64,000 bases of DNA. Origin: Pecten maximus (Eukaryota). The notes under the pieces are model-generated. The model did not search any database, was not told the origin of the DNA, and saw nothing but the letters and a program-made list of their open reading frames with translations. The position numbers were made by a program, and so were the translations under genes. Of the stretch, positions 1-13,491 are shown piece by piece (position 1 is the stretch's first letter; each line of letters opens with the position of its first letter). The stretch spans positions 50,530,001 to 50,594,000 of the forward strand of contig NC_047017.1 of NCBI RefSeq assembly GCF_902652985.1, given 5' to 3'.

Positions 1-462
1 TGTGTTGTCATCGAAATAGGATACTCAGGGTTTTCCCCCATGAACTATTAGAGTCTAAGCGTAGAGTCAAACCAAGATCTTTATTCGACTAGACTAAATA
101 TTAGTGATGGTTATTATCGACCATTTCTATTCAATTTAAAAACAATTAATTAATGATTTGACATTGATTGTGATTGACGAGGGTTACAACAGGACTTTCT
201 TTACAAGAAATGACATTTGTTTTAGTTCGAAACACCATAATTAAATCGTACCACTTATAAATTGTAAATTTTAATTTCAAATTTACTTTGTCATTTTTTT
301 CTATACATTTAGGTGTTCGCTAGCAAATTATCTTAAATGTACTCGATGTTTTAAATGCTATGACAGATTTGACTGTAATGATTGTACTGCATTTGTAATG
401 GTTCTACATTTCTTTGCGCGTCAGGAACTTGATTTCATTACCTGACTCTGGCAGAGGAATGT

Positions 463-687
463 GACCAAAACATGTATGGCAAATAATGGGGAAGGGGGTG
501 TGATCGGACCAAAACATATATGGTAAATAATGGGGAAGGGGGTGTGATCGGACCAAAACATGTATGGTAAATAATGGAGAAGGAGGTGTGATCGGACCAA
601 AACATGTATGGTATATAATTGGGAAGGGGTGTGATCGGACCAAAACATGTATGGTATATAATGGGGAAGGGTGTGTGATCGGACCAC
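463..687. repeat. Minisatellite, ~44-bp unit, ~5 copies
   Basis: Unit GACCAAAACATGTATGGTAAATAATGGGGAAGGGGGTGTGATCG recurs at 463, 507, 551, 595 and ~638. The overlapping ORFs here are repeat artefacts. Confidence 0.95.
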
Positions 688-1152
688 CTGGAAGCGATAG
701 GTTGTACATCAAATATCTGTTGCCTCAAGAAATTTACAGAATGGCAGAAGGGAGACAACCGCAAGATGTTTGGCAGTGAAACCTCAGGTTAAGCCTATGT
801 AAAAATCAAATATATTAATTTTATTAAAATCATTCATGCAGATTTATTGATAAACTATCACACATAAATTTCGTGGAAAACATATCAGAAAGTCCCCGTA
901 CGTGTGTATTAACACATCGACCATTCAACAAATAGAGGCGTATGGCAAATCATCAGAAACTGCATTTGATGGCGTTTTTCAGAGTTTTTAAATATGTAGG
1001 ATAAACATGCTCAGTGTTTGGAGTTCGTTTTTATATGATAGGTATAGTATAATTATATCAACATTATAATGTATAAAACACTTTTGTTGTCACCATGTCA
1101 GTTAAGTCAGTCAAAAGTTAATGTTGTTTAACATCTACATCATGGCATAGTT

Positions 1153-1867
1153 ACTTTACTTTTACTTTACTTTAAACATATTTTATTTCAATTAAGGAAA
1201 AGGGATTAGGCACAAGTTATTGCAACTTACTAAGGCCTTCTCCCATTACACATATAAACACATGTATATTACATATAGAAATAGGCATAAAGTTTGAATG
1301 ACTATGAAAATTTAATACAAACACAATAGTTCACAAGAACTTTATACATATTTTAAAATCTGTTGCTGGATTTTATGAATAAATGCATAAGTCTAAAAAT
1401 ACGACAATTTAGATCTACGGAAAATTGAGTATTACCATACAATAGAAGTTTTAAACTAGGTTCTGTTCCAAAGGCATTTATATGTTGTAGCATAATACGT
1501 CTTTCCTGAGCATAAAGGCGACATTCAAATAAAAAGTGAAAGGCATTCTCACATGGATATCCACATGAGCAAGCTGGATCATCAACAAGATTTACACGAT
1601 ACAAATCGTACTTAAGTGGACTACACTGGTGTCTTAGTCTGGTGTGCATAATATTGAATTTTCTTTCACCCAAACCGAAATAGATAGGTGGGGATGGTTG
1701 CACGTTTAAAGCCAAAGAATTTACAAATAAAGGTAAAGAAGGTAATGATCGTCCGGATAAATCTAATGAATTCCAACTACGAATAGTAGATGGTATAAAA
1801 GAACTATTTGTAAGAGAAAGCCGAAATGGAGGAACTCTGTAATTATTATTATTTCTAAGAGGATATC
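1153..1867 (-). mobile_element. 5'-truncated CR1/L2-group (CR1-Zenon-like) LINE, 3' end of RT ORF plus tail
   Basis: ORF 1353..1949 contains the C-terminal RT-domain motifs SFIPSTIRSWNSL, HTRLRHQCS and CSCG...HFLFECRLY. On the minus strand AATAAA is followed by an (AAAGT)n-like tail at ~1153-1187. The 9-bp direct repeat GGCATAGTT at 1144-1152 and 1868-1876 fits a target-site duplication. The subclade call is from motif recall only. Confidence 0.85.
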
Positions 1868-2241
1868 GGCATAGTTTGGTTCCATGGCAGTAAGTCTTCG
1901 ACACTATACATACAAAAGTACTCATTAATATATAGCTGTGATAAAACATTTATCATGGGTTTTTAAATCGTAACTTTGAATTTGTTTTGACCGGCGTTAA
2001 ACGAGGTCGAACCAATTTCCATTGTTACAACATTAGTATCGGGTAGGGCCTTTAACCCTTTGTGGGGTAAACAATTAATGGTGGAGTGTCATCAAGTAGA
2101 ATTCCCTCAAGTTTTAAAAGTTTATTGGCTTTTAGCCCTATATATCCACATGTACCATGAGTAGGGATATTGTCTCTTTTAATTAATCAAAGCTTTGTCT
2201 AACTCCTCTCAATTTCACAGCTGAGTTTGACGTTATATAAG

Positions 2242-2467
2242 GGGGCCGCGGTGGCCGAGTGGTTAAGGTGTCCCGACACTTTAACACTAGCCCTCCACCT
2301 CTGGGTTGCGAGTTCGAAACCTACGTGGGGCAGTTGCCAGGTACTGACCGTAGGCAGGTGGTTTTTCTCCGGGTACTCCGGCTTCCTCCACCTCCAAAAC
2401 CTGGCACGTCCTTAAATGACCCTGGCTGTTAATAGGACGTTAAACAAAAACAAACCAAACAAACCAA
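2242..2467 (+). mobile_element. tRNA-derived SINE with V-domain core (V-SINE type), full length
   Basis: Pol III A-box TGGCCGAGTGG (~2252) and B-box GTTCGAAACC (~2312), core GGTTTTTCTCCGGGTACTCCGGCTTCCTCCACC, (CAAAC)n-like tail. Flanked by ACGTTA(T/C)ATAAG at 2230-2241 and 2468-2479 (12-bp TSD, one mismatch). Confidence 0.9.
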
Positions 2468-4012
2468 ACGTTACATAAGTGGTCGGCCATTAATATTCAG
2501 TTATGTCCTCTGCCTTCTTTCGCCATGTTGTAGGATACCTTTCAGGGATCTAATTTTGGTTTGGTTCTTATGAAGAAGGAAAGATAAAACACAAAAAAAT
2601 AACGCATGAATAGTTTTTGTTAACGAAGTATATCTATTAGAAAGATAACAGAGTTATCGCCCCTACACTTCATTTCACATCTGGTTCATATTAAAACAGT
2701 GATTGGTGTCATGCTTTACCATTTTATACAATGATCCATTTAAAATTTAAAATTTAAATTGAATCTAGAAAATACTTGAATACATACATTGTACTATATA
2801 TTTGACAAACATTCTTATTAATTAAAATGATTGAGCTAATTCGTTTAAATTTTACAGAATTTTCGTTAAAATACTTATCGGCTATTGGAAGGGTATTTTG
2901 ATGCATTATTTTCGTGTCGACAAAATCAAATGCTTTGATCACAGAGGATTTTAACGATATCTGATACATGTAGGTGAAAATTGATTAAATGTAATCTGCG
3001 TAAATTAAATATATGACGTGTGTGTGTCTGATAACGACAAACGTAGATCATATAAACACTTCCTTAAAACAAACAAACATCCTGATTAGCTGAAATAGTG
3101 CCATTCGATTGACAACAAATAATCATATTGACAGACCGCTCAAAAATACAATCTGGTAAAGACCTGGTTGATTGTGATTATCAAAAAAAAAAAATCTTGG
3201 CAATATCCAAGAAAATTATTATTATTATTATTTATCATTCAGTAGAACTCAAATTGATTATATACTGTATTTTGTAATTTGATTTTAAAGCCAAACAGAC
3301 ATTTTATTTTCAATTATCGCACGCTGCTATAAACCCGGATACATATATTAATACATCCACGTACTGTATCAACCGAGATCAAACATCTATACAATATTAT
3401 ATCATATGACAGGTAGACAACATATGTTAATACATCAACGTACTGTATCAACCGAGATCAAACATCTATACAATTATATTATATTATATGACAGGTAGAC
3501 AACATCAATTCTTTAACAATACATGTATTTATAGTAACATATCAAATGTATGGGTGTACTGTTACATAATATACGTCTTCAATACATTAAATAGAAGTAA
3601 TACTTTATATAAGTATACTTTACCCTATCGGTAAATGTAAAAGGCATACTTAGTATATGTTCAGAATTAACCTGTTTTGACGTCAAACCGGAGTGCAATT
3701 ATGTTGCCGTGATTTTGGTCCATAACAACCAAAATAATATCAATAATATTAAGGTAGAACAGATATGACTGATTTTCGCTTGAATAAATTAACTTCTGCT
3801 CAGCGAAATTATTATGTCGCTCTAGGAGGTAAATCACCAATGCAAGGAGCTGTTCCTATTTAAGGGTAATCATTTGTTCAATAGGGGACATGCTTTGTAC
3901 ACCTATATTTAAGGGTAATCATTTGTTCAATAGGGGACATGCTTTATACACTTATATCAACATCATGGTGGTCTTTAGGCTATGTTGAAATATAAAAGGT
4001 TTTTTTCACGGT

Positions 4013-7000
4013 TTACTTTCGTAAGGTAAATCTGGGTTTCACCTTAGAGTCTTTCATTTTCTCCTGGTAAACAATATCAAATTGTTCACTCTGTGCCACC
4101 GTGAACCAGTTCTTCCAATCGCCAACCTCACCTGGAAGAGAAATCATCATATGTCTATGAAAATATATGTCACACGAGAACAACATTAACACATGTCTTA
4201 TAAAATCTTATATCATTGAAATTGAATTTAAAAGTTTAGATAAAGTCCAGGATCGATATGTACTGATTTCAAGTATTACGCATTTTGTGAGGTAGATCGA
4301 GGTACGTTGATACAGTATACCATTACCGAAATGTAAAACATTCGACAATGATTTAACATTGTTAGAGTATAACATTACAGAAATGTAAAACATACGACAA
4401 TAATTTACATTGTTAGAGTATAACATTACAGAAATGTAAAACATACGACAATGACTACATTGATACAGTATACCATTACAGAAATGTAAAACATACGACA
4501 ATGATTTTACATTATTACAGTATACCATTACAGAAATGTAAAACATACGACAATGATTTAACATTGTTACAGTATACCATTACAGAAATGTAAAACATAC
4601 GACAATGACTTTACATTGTTAGAGTATACCATTACAGAAATGTTAAACATACGACAATAATTTTACATTGTTACTGTATACCATTACAGAAATGTAAAAC
4701 ATACGACAATGACTACATTGATACAGTATACCATTACAGAAATGTAAAACATACGACAATGATTTTACATTGTTACTGTATACCATTACAGAAATGTAAA
4801 ACATACGACAATAATTTTACATTGTTACAGTATACCATTACAGAAATGTAAAACATACGACAATGATTTAACATTGTTAGAGTATAACATTACAGAAATG
4901 TAAAACATTCGACAATGATTTTACATTGTTAGAGTATAACATTACAGAAATGTAAAACATACGACAATGACTTTACATTGTTACTGTATACCATTACAGA
5001 AATGTAAAACATACGACAATGACTACATTGTTACTGTATACCATTACAGAAATGTAAAACATACAATAATTTTACATTGTTACAGTATACCATTACAGAA
5101 ATGTAAAACATACGACAATGACTTTATATTGTTACAGTATAACATTACAGAAATGTAAAACATACGATAATGATTTTACATTGTTACTGTATACCATTAC
5201 AGAAATGTAAAACATACGATAATGATTTAACATTGTTACAGTATACCATTACAGAAATGTAAACATACGATAATGATTTAACATTGTTAGAGTATAACAT
5301 TACAGAAATGTTAAACATACGATAATGATCTAACATTGTTAGAGTATAACATTACAGAAATGTAAAACATACGACAAAGGTTTTCTAACTTCCGTCTGTA
5401 TTCACACTCTCTTGACCCTACATCACGAGAAGGACGAAAATGCTGTACGATCTATTTCTAATTATTCTACCGTATATTCTTTTGTTTATTTAGTTGAACG
5501 TTCTGTTAACAATCAGGGTCATTTAGGGACGTGCCAGGTTTTGCAGGTAGAGGAAAGCCGGAGTACCCGGAGAAAAAACACCGGCCTACGGTCAGTACCT
5601 GGGAAACTGCCCCACGTAGGTTTCGAATTCTCAACCCAGAGGTGGAGGGCTAGGCTAACTGTTGGCATATCTTAACCACTCGGCCAGCGCGGCCCCTTAC
5701 CGTAGAAACATGTAGTACTAAATTCATATATTAATGTACATAGATCAACAAAAAGGTGTAGGAAGGTGATCCGGTAGATTATATCTATCTGTGCGTGGTG
5801 ATGAGACCACGTGGGTATCTCACCTTTTCGATACATTCCTGGTTCATCCCCCTTCCATCCATCGGCCTGTTCCAGAGCGTTCTTCTCCTTCTTCATTCGG
5901 TCAAAATGGCAGAGATCGTTGACTTCCTGAAGAAAAGTTTGGTCACAATCTACCCCGAGGAATTTAGCGATCCGGGTCACCTCTCGAAGGGAGTCCTATA
6001 ATCATTAAACATAATATAAAGGTCGGGCTGTTGTACAATTGGATGTATATATCAATCAGAAGATTTCTGATATTTTATCGTGCTTTGGAAAATCTTCTTA
6101 AGCCCCTCTAACATCAGACCTCGTTCCATAGTGACCTGAAGTATTAGTCGCCAGTTATATATTCCAGATTTTTATGGTATGGGTAATGTTGGAACTGCTT
6201 CAATTCAAACGTACTATGATACATATTTTAGCATTATGTAACAATTTTTAGCGTATCGGATGAACGTAAAAAGTCAAATTGTTTTCCAATAACAGGATCA
6301 GATTACTTAAGGTAACATAAAATGAGCCGAAATGTAACGTGTATTCAAATGGTTTTAATATTGCAACGTTCATCAAACACGTTAAGACTGTATGTCCTCA
6401 ATTTAAAGAGGCTTGTCCGCAGAGAGATCAGAAAAATTGGCTAATAGAAAAAGATTTTTTACACATAACAGATTGTTGGAATTGTTGAGTTTTTCATTTT
6501 ATTTTCCTTATAAAACGCTGAAAAGTGATATTAAAACCTCATTTTTTAATATTATTTATTTAATCGCAACCCGCAATAAGTCCTCGCTATAAAGTGGAGT
6601 CTAATTTGATTGACACATCAAAGAAACAAGCACGTGCACAGTGCCGCACAGTGCCGCACAGTGATATCTTCAAAGGCAGCGGCGATTTACAAAGAAGATT
6701 TGCCGTTATATTCCATACATTTCCCTCTCAGGTTGAGTTTTAAAACGTCTTTTAAATACATATTCTGTAATTGTTTTCAAGAAATAAAGTCGGAAAGCCT
6801 CTTATTTTGTCACATAGAAACGTGTACTGAAGTTTATTTAGTGATCGGAGATGCGCCGTTTACCGGTCCGTCTGCGGGTAAGCCTCTTTAAAAGAAATCT
6901 AGTTGTCAACCTCGTTCACACAATCATAAATCTACATGTTAGTAGACAGCTCCCTCGGTTAGTTAGTTTGATTCGATTTTCGATGTTAGAGTGATAAATG

Positions 7001-9780
7001 GGAAATAACAATTTCTCTTATAGAAACATTGACGTGATAGTGGAACAAACTGGCTGTGACTTGATTAGCATGCTTATCTGATGCACATGTTACTCAGAAG
7101 CGGCAGGTTACCTCTTTCATGTCCTCGAATGTCGTCACAAATATCGGGTAATCTTGGTTGTCAGTCATGAATTTTTCCCACTTTAATGTGTAGTCGAACC
7201 AAGTCCCGTAGTCGACTGTAAAATCAAGCATCATTATTCAGGTTTTCTTTCCAAAGATATCGTCTCCACCAAAGTAAATCGTCTCTAAAATGACGACTCC
7301 CGTTCATTCTCATTTTCTGTGAGATTTTATGCAAGGCTAAACTAATTTGTTAAATATGATGTGAGCTTTAACCTATACGAAATGCAAAGTCAAAAGAAAA
7401 AAACATTGATAAAAGCCAACCTTTTAGTTAATCTTTCCATACCACCATACTGACAACTAATTATTCACTTTAGATATTATACTTAGACGTTTCATTCATT
7501 CATGAAAATGCCAGCCCAATTACCACAACAAATTAAAGGAAGAATTCAAAAAAGAATGGTAAGCATATGAAAGCATAGCAGTTTGTTATATACTGAAATT
7601 ATTTAAACAAGTACAATGTATCATTCTGAAACAGTTAATTACAAAACGGAAACTTGTTTCTCTTTGTTCATTGACCGATGGTATTTGGAGACATATGTCG
7701 TAAATAATCTTTATCCAGCTGTAAAGACTGCGTATACATTTGCTCTGATAAGTTTAAAATTCAAATTTGCTCTGATAAGTTCAAAACTTCTATTTGCTCT
7801 GATAAGCCTGAAACTTCCATTTGCTCTTATAAGCCTGAAACTTCCATTTGCTCTGATAAGCCTAATACTTACATTTGCTCTGATAAGCCTGAAACTTACA
7901 TTTGCTCTGATAAGCCCAAAACTTCCATTTGCTCTGATAAGCCTAAAACTTCCATTTGCTCTGATAAGCCTAAAACTTCCATTTGCTCTGATAAGCCTAA
8001 TACTTACATTTGCTCTGATAAGCCTGAAACTTACATTTGCTCTGATAAGCCTAAAACTTACGATCGCCTTTGATGTATCTTTGAACGTAGTCTTCCCATG
8101 TTCCCGAGAATTCATATTCACGTATCTTACTGTGATGATTGAAAAATGACACAGCTACGTCTTTTGGATTGCGCAGGGCATAAATGATCTTGCATTTCCT
8201 TTCGGCGAAGTCTTTTGGCAAGTACTCAAAATACACATGGGTGTTGAGGACACGTGGGGATGGGATGTTGTCGTGTGTTTCTTTGGCCATAATTTCCATC
8301 ATAGCAGTTTCCTTGACGGTTTTGATCCTTTCAGCTTTCTTCCTTACCATCATACTAACTATTTCCCACAGCCAGTGTGTTCCTTGGGAAAAAAAGAAGG
8401 AAAACCTTCAAGAAATGCATGCATTTATCACATAATCAGCTTGTTGTTCCGTGAATTCGGCTATATGACTTTTTTTTCATATGTCACGTCCCACTAGTGC
8501 AATATATACTTTAAGGCGTTTTTCCTTGTGCCTATCAGAAATAAATCATGACGTCTTAATATTGACATTGCCATTGTTATGTCATTATGTGAAAATAACT
8601 CATGAAATGCGTGCCTCAATTTGATTTTGTCCATTTCATTTTAATTTCAAAACCTGCCAAAATGTCAGTTTCTAGATTTATGCAATAAAAAGTGCCTTTG
8701 ATTTGTTTCTTTTCATACGATATTTTATAAACCAAAAGCTAGAAAAGCAAAATCTTTTAAAACATGTTTTATGAATCTTCATATGAAACCAAAATTCGTT
8801 TAAAATCCGACATATATGGTTGGGTAATACATATCAGCACAACCACACGACATACTTTTAAACTGCTAATATTGATAGCCCATTAGTTTCCAATAGAGGA
8901 TTTGACAGCGTTTTCTCATCACTCAAAAAAACTAGCCTTCACAGTAAAACCTATGTCAAAGTCAAAGGAGACAACTCAGAAAAAGATGACAACACAGACA
9001 AAGATGACAACTCAGAAAAAAATGACAACACAGAGAATGGTGACAACTCAGAAAAAGATGACAACACAGACAAAGGAGACAACACAGAAAAAAATGACAA
9101 CACAGACAAAAAGACACAATACAGACAAAAGAGACAATACAGAAAAAGTAGACAACACAAAAAATGGACACAATAAAGACAAAAGAGACAACAGAAAAAG
9201 GAGACAACACGGAAAAAGGAAACGACACAGTTAAAGGATATAACAGAGAAAAGGGAGATAATTCAGAAAAAAAAGGCAACATAACAAGTCTCAGTAATGT
9301 TGTCAATGAAAATATTTCGAAACAGCAACACATAAAATGAACAAACAGCTCTTTTTGCCGTATTCACATGTTTGCCATATTCTAGAGGGTGCAGCGCGGG
9401 CGGAAGTGGACGTTATCCCTGGTGTAGCGGGATTGTCCTGGGTCAGTCATCTTACATTATACAGGAGGTAATCATGAAGATGATACAATCCTACAGCAGG
9501 TGAGACTGCCCTAACCAACAGGGTTAGACCCTGATGAAGTTAAAGGCACGCACAATTTATGAAGCTCGAATGATATGTATTTCGATTGACAGTTCATGGA
9601 CATACCTGATTTGGGATATGTACAAATCATGACGTCATCATCTCTTGCCTTCCAATCAGGCATGGACCGCAGCTCTTCCTCGTGGTTCTTGAGTTGTAAG
9701 AATGTCGGGAGGTAGTAACCATCCAGATCGAGAACGGTAAGAGTGGCCCCGCTATTGTCTGGTAACTTTTTAATGGACAT
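4013..9780 (-). CDS. Cytosolic PAPS-dependent sulfotransferase (SULT1-like), paralogue A, 296 aa, 5 coding exons
   Basis: Exons 9780-9606, 8382-8062, 7215-7112, 5995-5824 and 4131-4013 are all GT-AG and total 891 nt in frame. Motifs: 5'-PSB TYPKSGTHW, catalytic His in LNTH, 3'-[30 protein letters not shown] and dimer motif [10 protein letters not shown]. Confidence 0.95.
4297..5378. repeat. Intronic minisatellite, 51-52-bp unit, ~20 copies
   Basis: Unit ACATTGTTACAGTATACCATTACAGAAATGTAAAACATACGACAATGATTTT lies in the last intron of SULT A. Confidence 0.95.
5480..5696 (-). mobile_element. Second V-SINE copy, in last intron of SULT A
   Basis: The reverse complement matches 2242-2467 along its length: GGGGCCGCGCTGGCCGAGTGGTTAAG head, TTTCTCCGGGTACTCCGGCTTTCCTC core and CGTCCCTAAATGACCCTG tail. 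Confidence 0.9.
6407..6887. mobile_element. MITE with TTAA target-site duplication (Kolobok-like termini)
   Basis: TIRs AGAGGCTTGTCCGCAGA and TCTGCGGGTAAGCCTCT. TTAA at 6403-6406 and 6888-6891. Purine-purine 5' termini fit Kolobok better than piggyBac. Confidence 0.8.
7738..8061. repeat. Intronic minisatellite, 27-bp unit, ~12 copies, beginning at a splice donor
   Basis: Plus-strand unit ATTTGCTCTGATAAGCCTGAAACTT(A/C)C. On the minus strand the first unit begins with the GTAAGT donor of SULT A coding exon 2. Confidence 0.95.
8965..9230. repeat. Degenerate 18-bp A-rich tandem repeat (intronic)
   Basis: GACAACACAGAAAAAGAT-like units account for ORFs 8902, 8951 and 8962. Confidence 0.85.
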
Positions 9781-10009
9781 CGTGGCTGGTCTTCAGATTG
9801 CTTAATAAAACAAATATGCATTATAGGCTAAACTATCTCGTCGTGACAATACGGTATGAACTTAAGTCAAATATGCGTGTCAGTTAGAATAAGTATTTTG
9901 ACAATTGACATGATCGTGTATTAATTACAAGAAAAATATATATAACCTTCCCTTACCTCGATGGTATCACAAAAAGGTCAAACACCAGGGGTGATATTTT
10001 GGTTGTCCA

Positions 10010-10420
10010 AGCTGAGATGTAAAGCAGCGAGAGTTTAGAATGGGTAGATGTGAGCTGTAAGGTAATGTGAATTTAAGATGTATAGACGTGAAATGTAAAA
10101 AACAACGAGAGTTTAGAATGGGTAGATGTGAGATGTAAGGAAACGAGAGTTTCGGATGAGTAGATGTGATGGGTAGATGTGAGATGTAAGGAAACGAGAG
10201 TTTCGGATGAGTAGATGTGATGGGTAGATGTGAGATGTAAGGAAGGTGGAGTTTAGGATGGGTAGATGTGATGGGTAGATGTGATGGGTAGATGTGAGAT
10301 GTAAGAAAACGAGAGTTTCGGATGAGTAGATGTGATGCGTAGATGTGAGATGTAAGGAAACGAGAGTTTCGGATGGGTAGAGGTGAGATGTAATAAACGG
10401 GAGTTTAGGATGTGTAGATT
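10010..10420. repeat. Compound purine-rich tandem repeat upstream of SULT A
   Basis: Mixed units GATGGGTAGATGT and GAGATGTAAGGAAACGAGAGTTTCG. Confidence 0.85.
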
Positions 10421-13063
10421 ACTCCATTTACAAATTTCATTTAATATCACTCCAGTGTGGTTTGATATCAAACTTTATATCAATTAGTTTATAGTCAAAC
10501 TAAAATATTTCCCGACAGAGCTAAGTAATGATATAGTTCTGTATTGAACACACGTATAGCGTTGATATTATCACGTGATTTATTTGGAAACGAGGCAGTC
10601 ATGTAAAGAAAAACACACGATACATACGGACACACAGTGCGTAAACACCTGCTTCTTGACATCGAATTTGGTTAAAGTTGACGCTGATGTTATTTGATAA
10701 CTCAAAATCTATTCAGAATTATGGAAATGAGACATTTATTTCCAGCACTGTACCAAATTATACGTATAAACAACATGTAAAGCTAACCATACGTTCACGG
10801 TTTTCCTCGTCTGTCAGTACACACAATATGTAACGGCAACACTGCAGAATGTGTGCATCGTCCAGATAGTTGCTATAATTCTGGGGATTTCTTTTACCCA
10901 TTCGGCCATCTTTTGTTTTGTAACTGACGCTGTTATAACCCTTTTCAACCCCAAACGATTCACAGGCGGCCATTGTGTACAGGCGTGAAGTGTGTGGTGC
11001 GCATGCGATATGATACATGATGCAAAACAGTTACATACATCCGGGCTGTTGATCAACAGCGAGATATACACCTTTTATAATTATCAATTCACATCTTCAT
11101 GTACATATTTCATCGAAATCCAATTGTCACAGTCCACAAGATGATACACTTGACATAAATATGGAATAATACAGTACGAAAAAAAAAGTTTAACCATGAT
11201 GTCGCTTTAATACTTATATTAACATTTTCATCCCCTATCGAACGACTGAAAAATAACAACTAGGAATTGAATGAAAATGAAAGAAAAGAAGAGCCTCTGG
11301 AATGTTTAATAAGCGGAGCTGCACGAAGCGCTTGCTCCCTTTTCCACAATAAACTTTCCACGCGCTTTCTCATGGAACGGAGAGTAAGAGAAAAAAAAAC
11401 AGCTAGCCTAAAAGTATTTGGATCATGAATTAGTTCAAACTTTGTCTTCGTTTTCACTCTACCTGTGTATATTTTGCTGTAAAAACACACTTGGAATAAT
11501 TATTGTTATCATAAATGACAATGTTTGTTTATTATGTCATACTGCTGAGACATGTCTCGTCGTGTCCTGTAGTGAACTTCCTCCTCTATCAGGAGAACCT
11601 CTGAAGGATCCTTCCTACAGAGTAAAAACAAATGTCGGCTGCGATCGCCATAGGAACATATGTCATGCTAATGCATTATATTTCTGATTAACTGTTTGTA
11701 GGGATACGAATCGTCTAGTTTGATTACTGTGTCTTCATTATTTCAGACGATATCAGCCTGTTGAAACGTTAAATTTTAAAATAAGTTTATTCGATTCTGT
11801 AAAAAGATATAAATGTCAATTTAACGCAGAAAAAAGAAAGCAACGTCGGTTTTTATAACTTCTCGTTCAAACGAGAGTCAAGTGTGACCTGCGCCGTATG
11901 CTTATATATATCTCACGAATCAGAATCCTGAAACCCGAAACGGAACAAACAAGGTTTATAAAGTGACATGGCAGAGGAAATATAACATAACATGTTAGCC
12001 TGTTGTTACCTGTTGACGTAATTGAATTGTCGATGTGACGTCATTGTATTGTTGCCAGCAATTACTATCTGTCATATCCTAGGGTTGACAGAGAAGCACA
12101 CCCTAGGGGATTACACAGATAAACGGGAGATAAATATGTAAATTAACTCAAAGATTTGGAATATTCACTATAGTCCGGATCTTTGTGTATGCTATTTAAA
12201 CATATATTTTCCTCAATAAGGCCCAATTCATGTATGGTATTCATGTACACTGACATACGAGTGACATATTGTGTGCGATGTATTTAATCTGTATGTGTCG
12301 GGTCACTTCTGCAAACGTTGCACGATACAAACTTTGGGTATTAGTTTACACATACAGCATGGCTAGAGTAAGTTTAGATCAGTTTTAATCACATTGCCGT
12401 CACAATGTTTACGTTATGTAGGTGTACTGGAATTAAAATTCGTACTTTACACTGACCCGTGTATATCACTAAAAGTTTTAAACAGCTATGGACCTTGGTA
12501 AGTCTATGTCGTGGTCGTATTCTGGGACGCTCCTAGGCATACTGGTGAGTGAACATGTATGTCTGTACTTGTCATTGAGAGCTGGAGAAACTCTACAGGT
12601 GCCCGATAGATAAAGCCGGCCTTGTAACCGAGACATACGTATATATATATTTCGCCTTGCGATATATATACCTGTTGCATTAAGGAGTATTTAAAGCGTT
12701 GTCATTATAGTGTATAAATTAATTAAACTAAATATTAATAAAGTAACATTTACCATACTTGTATTGTAAATACACCCAATGTTGGCACTCTACTGACATA
12801 CACTGTACTTTGAGTAACTTACCAAACTGGTACTCTGCTGCGTGTCCTGTATCTGAACCAAACGCAAGTCGAGGCCGTGTATGGAGGCCCCCGACGGGGT
12901 AATTTGTACAAATTTCTATCGGAGGAAGAAATCACGTTTTTTGCATCCACAATTCTGAGATAAGAAATACGAGCAGTTAAGGGGCTAAATATTGTTAAAA
13001 AAAAAACTATGGAAAAAGGGGATATAAAACGTTATATTTTCTAAGAGTATGTTACAAAAGTAA

Positions 13064-13491
13064 CAATCTAATTAAAATCTAGGTGGTCATTCTCACTACA
13101 TTACATGAACATCTAACAACAGCCCATATGGGGTCACGTTTTGATGACCTTTGAGATATGTGTATGTCACTTTCAGGGCGAATTGTCTTTTTGTCGATGA
13201 AATTAAAGCAAACCATTTCGTCATAGCATGCATCTGAAGCATACAATTTCGGTACAGCATGTATATAGCTATATGCTTTGTAGGATGAAATGACTTGAAA
13301 TAAATTGACAGATTATGCAACCTATACACTCTGCTCATGCTAATTCGGACATATAAATTCACTTCCAAGATTCTGGAAGTAGTCATTTGATTGGCTAATC
13401 GAAAAGGTCACCCTGACGTGACCCCTTATGGGATGTTGTTAGATGTTCATGTAACGTAGTGAGAATGAATATCTTGAGTTTAATTAGATTG
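13064..13491. mobile_element. MITE with long (~90-bp) TIRs and 9-bp TSD (Mutator/MULE-like)
   Basis: The left end CAATCTAATTAAA...CATTCTCACTACATTACATGAACATCTAACAAC...GGGGTCACG is mirrored at 13402-13491. Exact TSD CAAAAGTAA at 13055-13063 and 13492-13500. Confidence 0.9.

Noticed and set aside
2242-2325. tRNA gene
   Set aside because: A and B boxes are present but run into a SINE core and tail with a TSD, and a second copy exists at 5480-5696.
12000-12910. Possible solo LTR (AATAAA at ~12737, ends ...TGTACA)
   Set aside because: I could not identify a matching 5' terminus or TSD.
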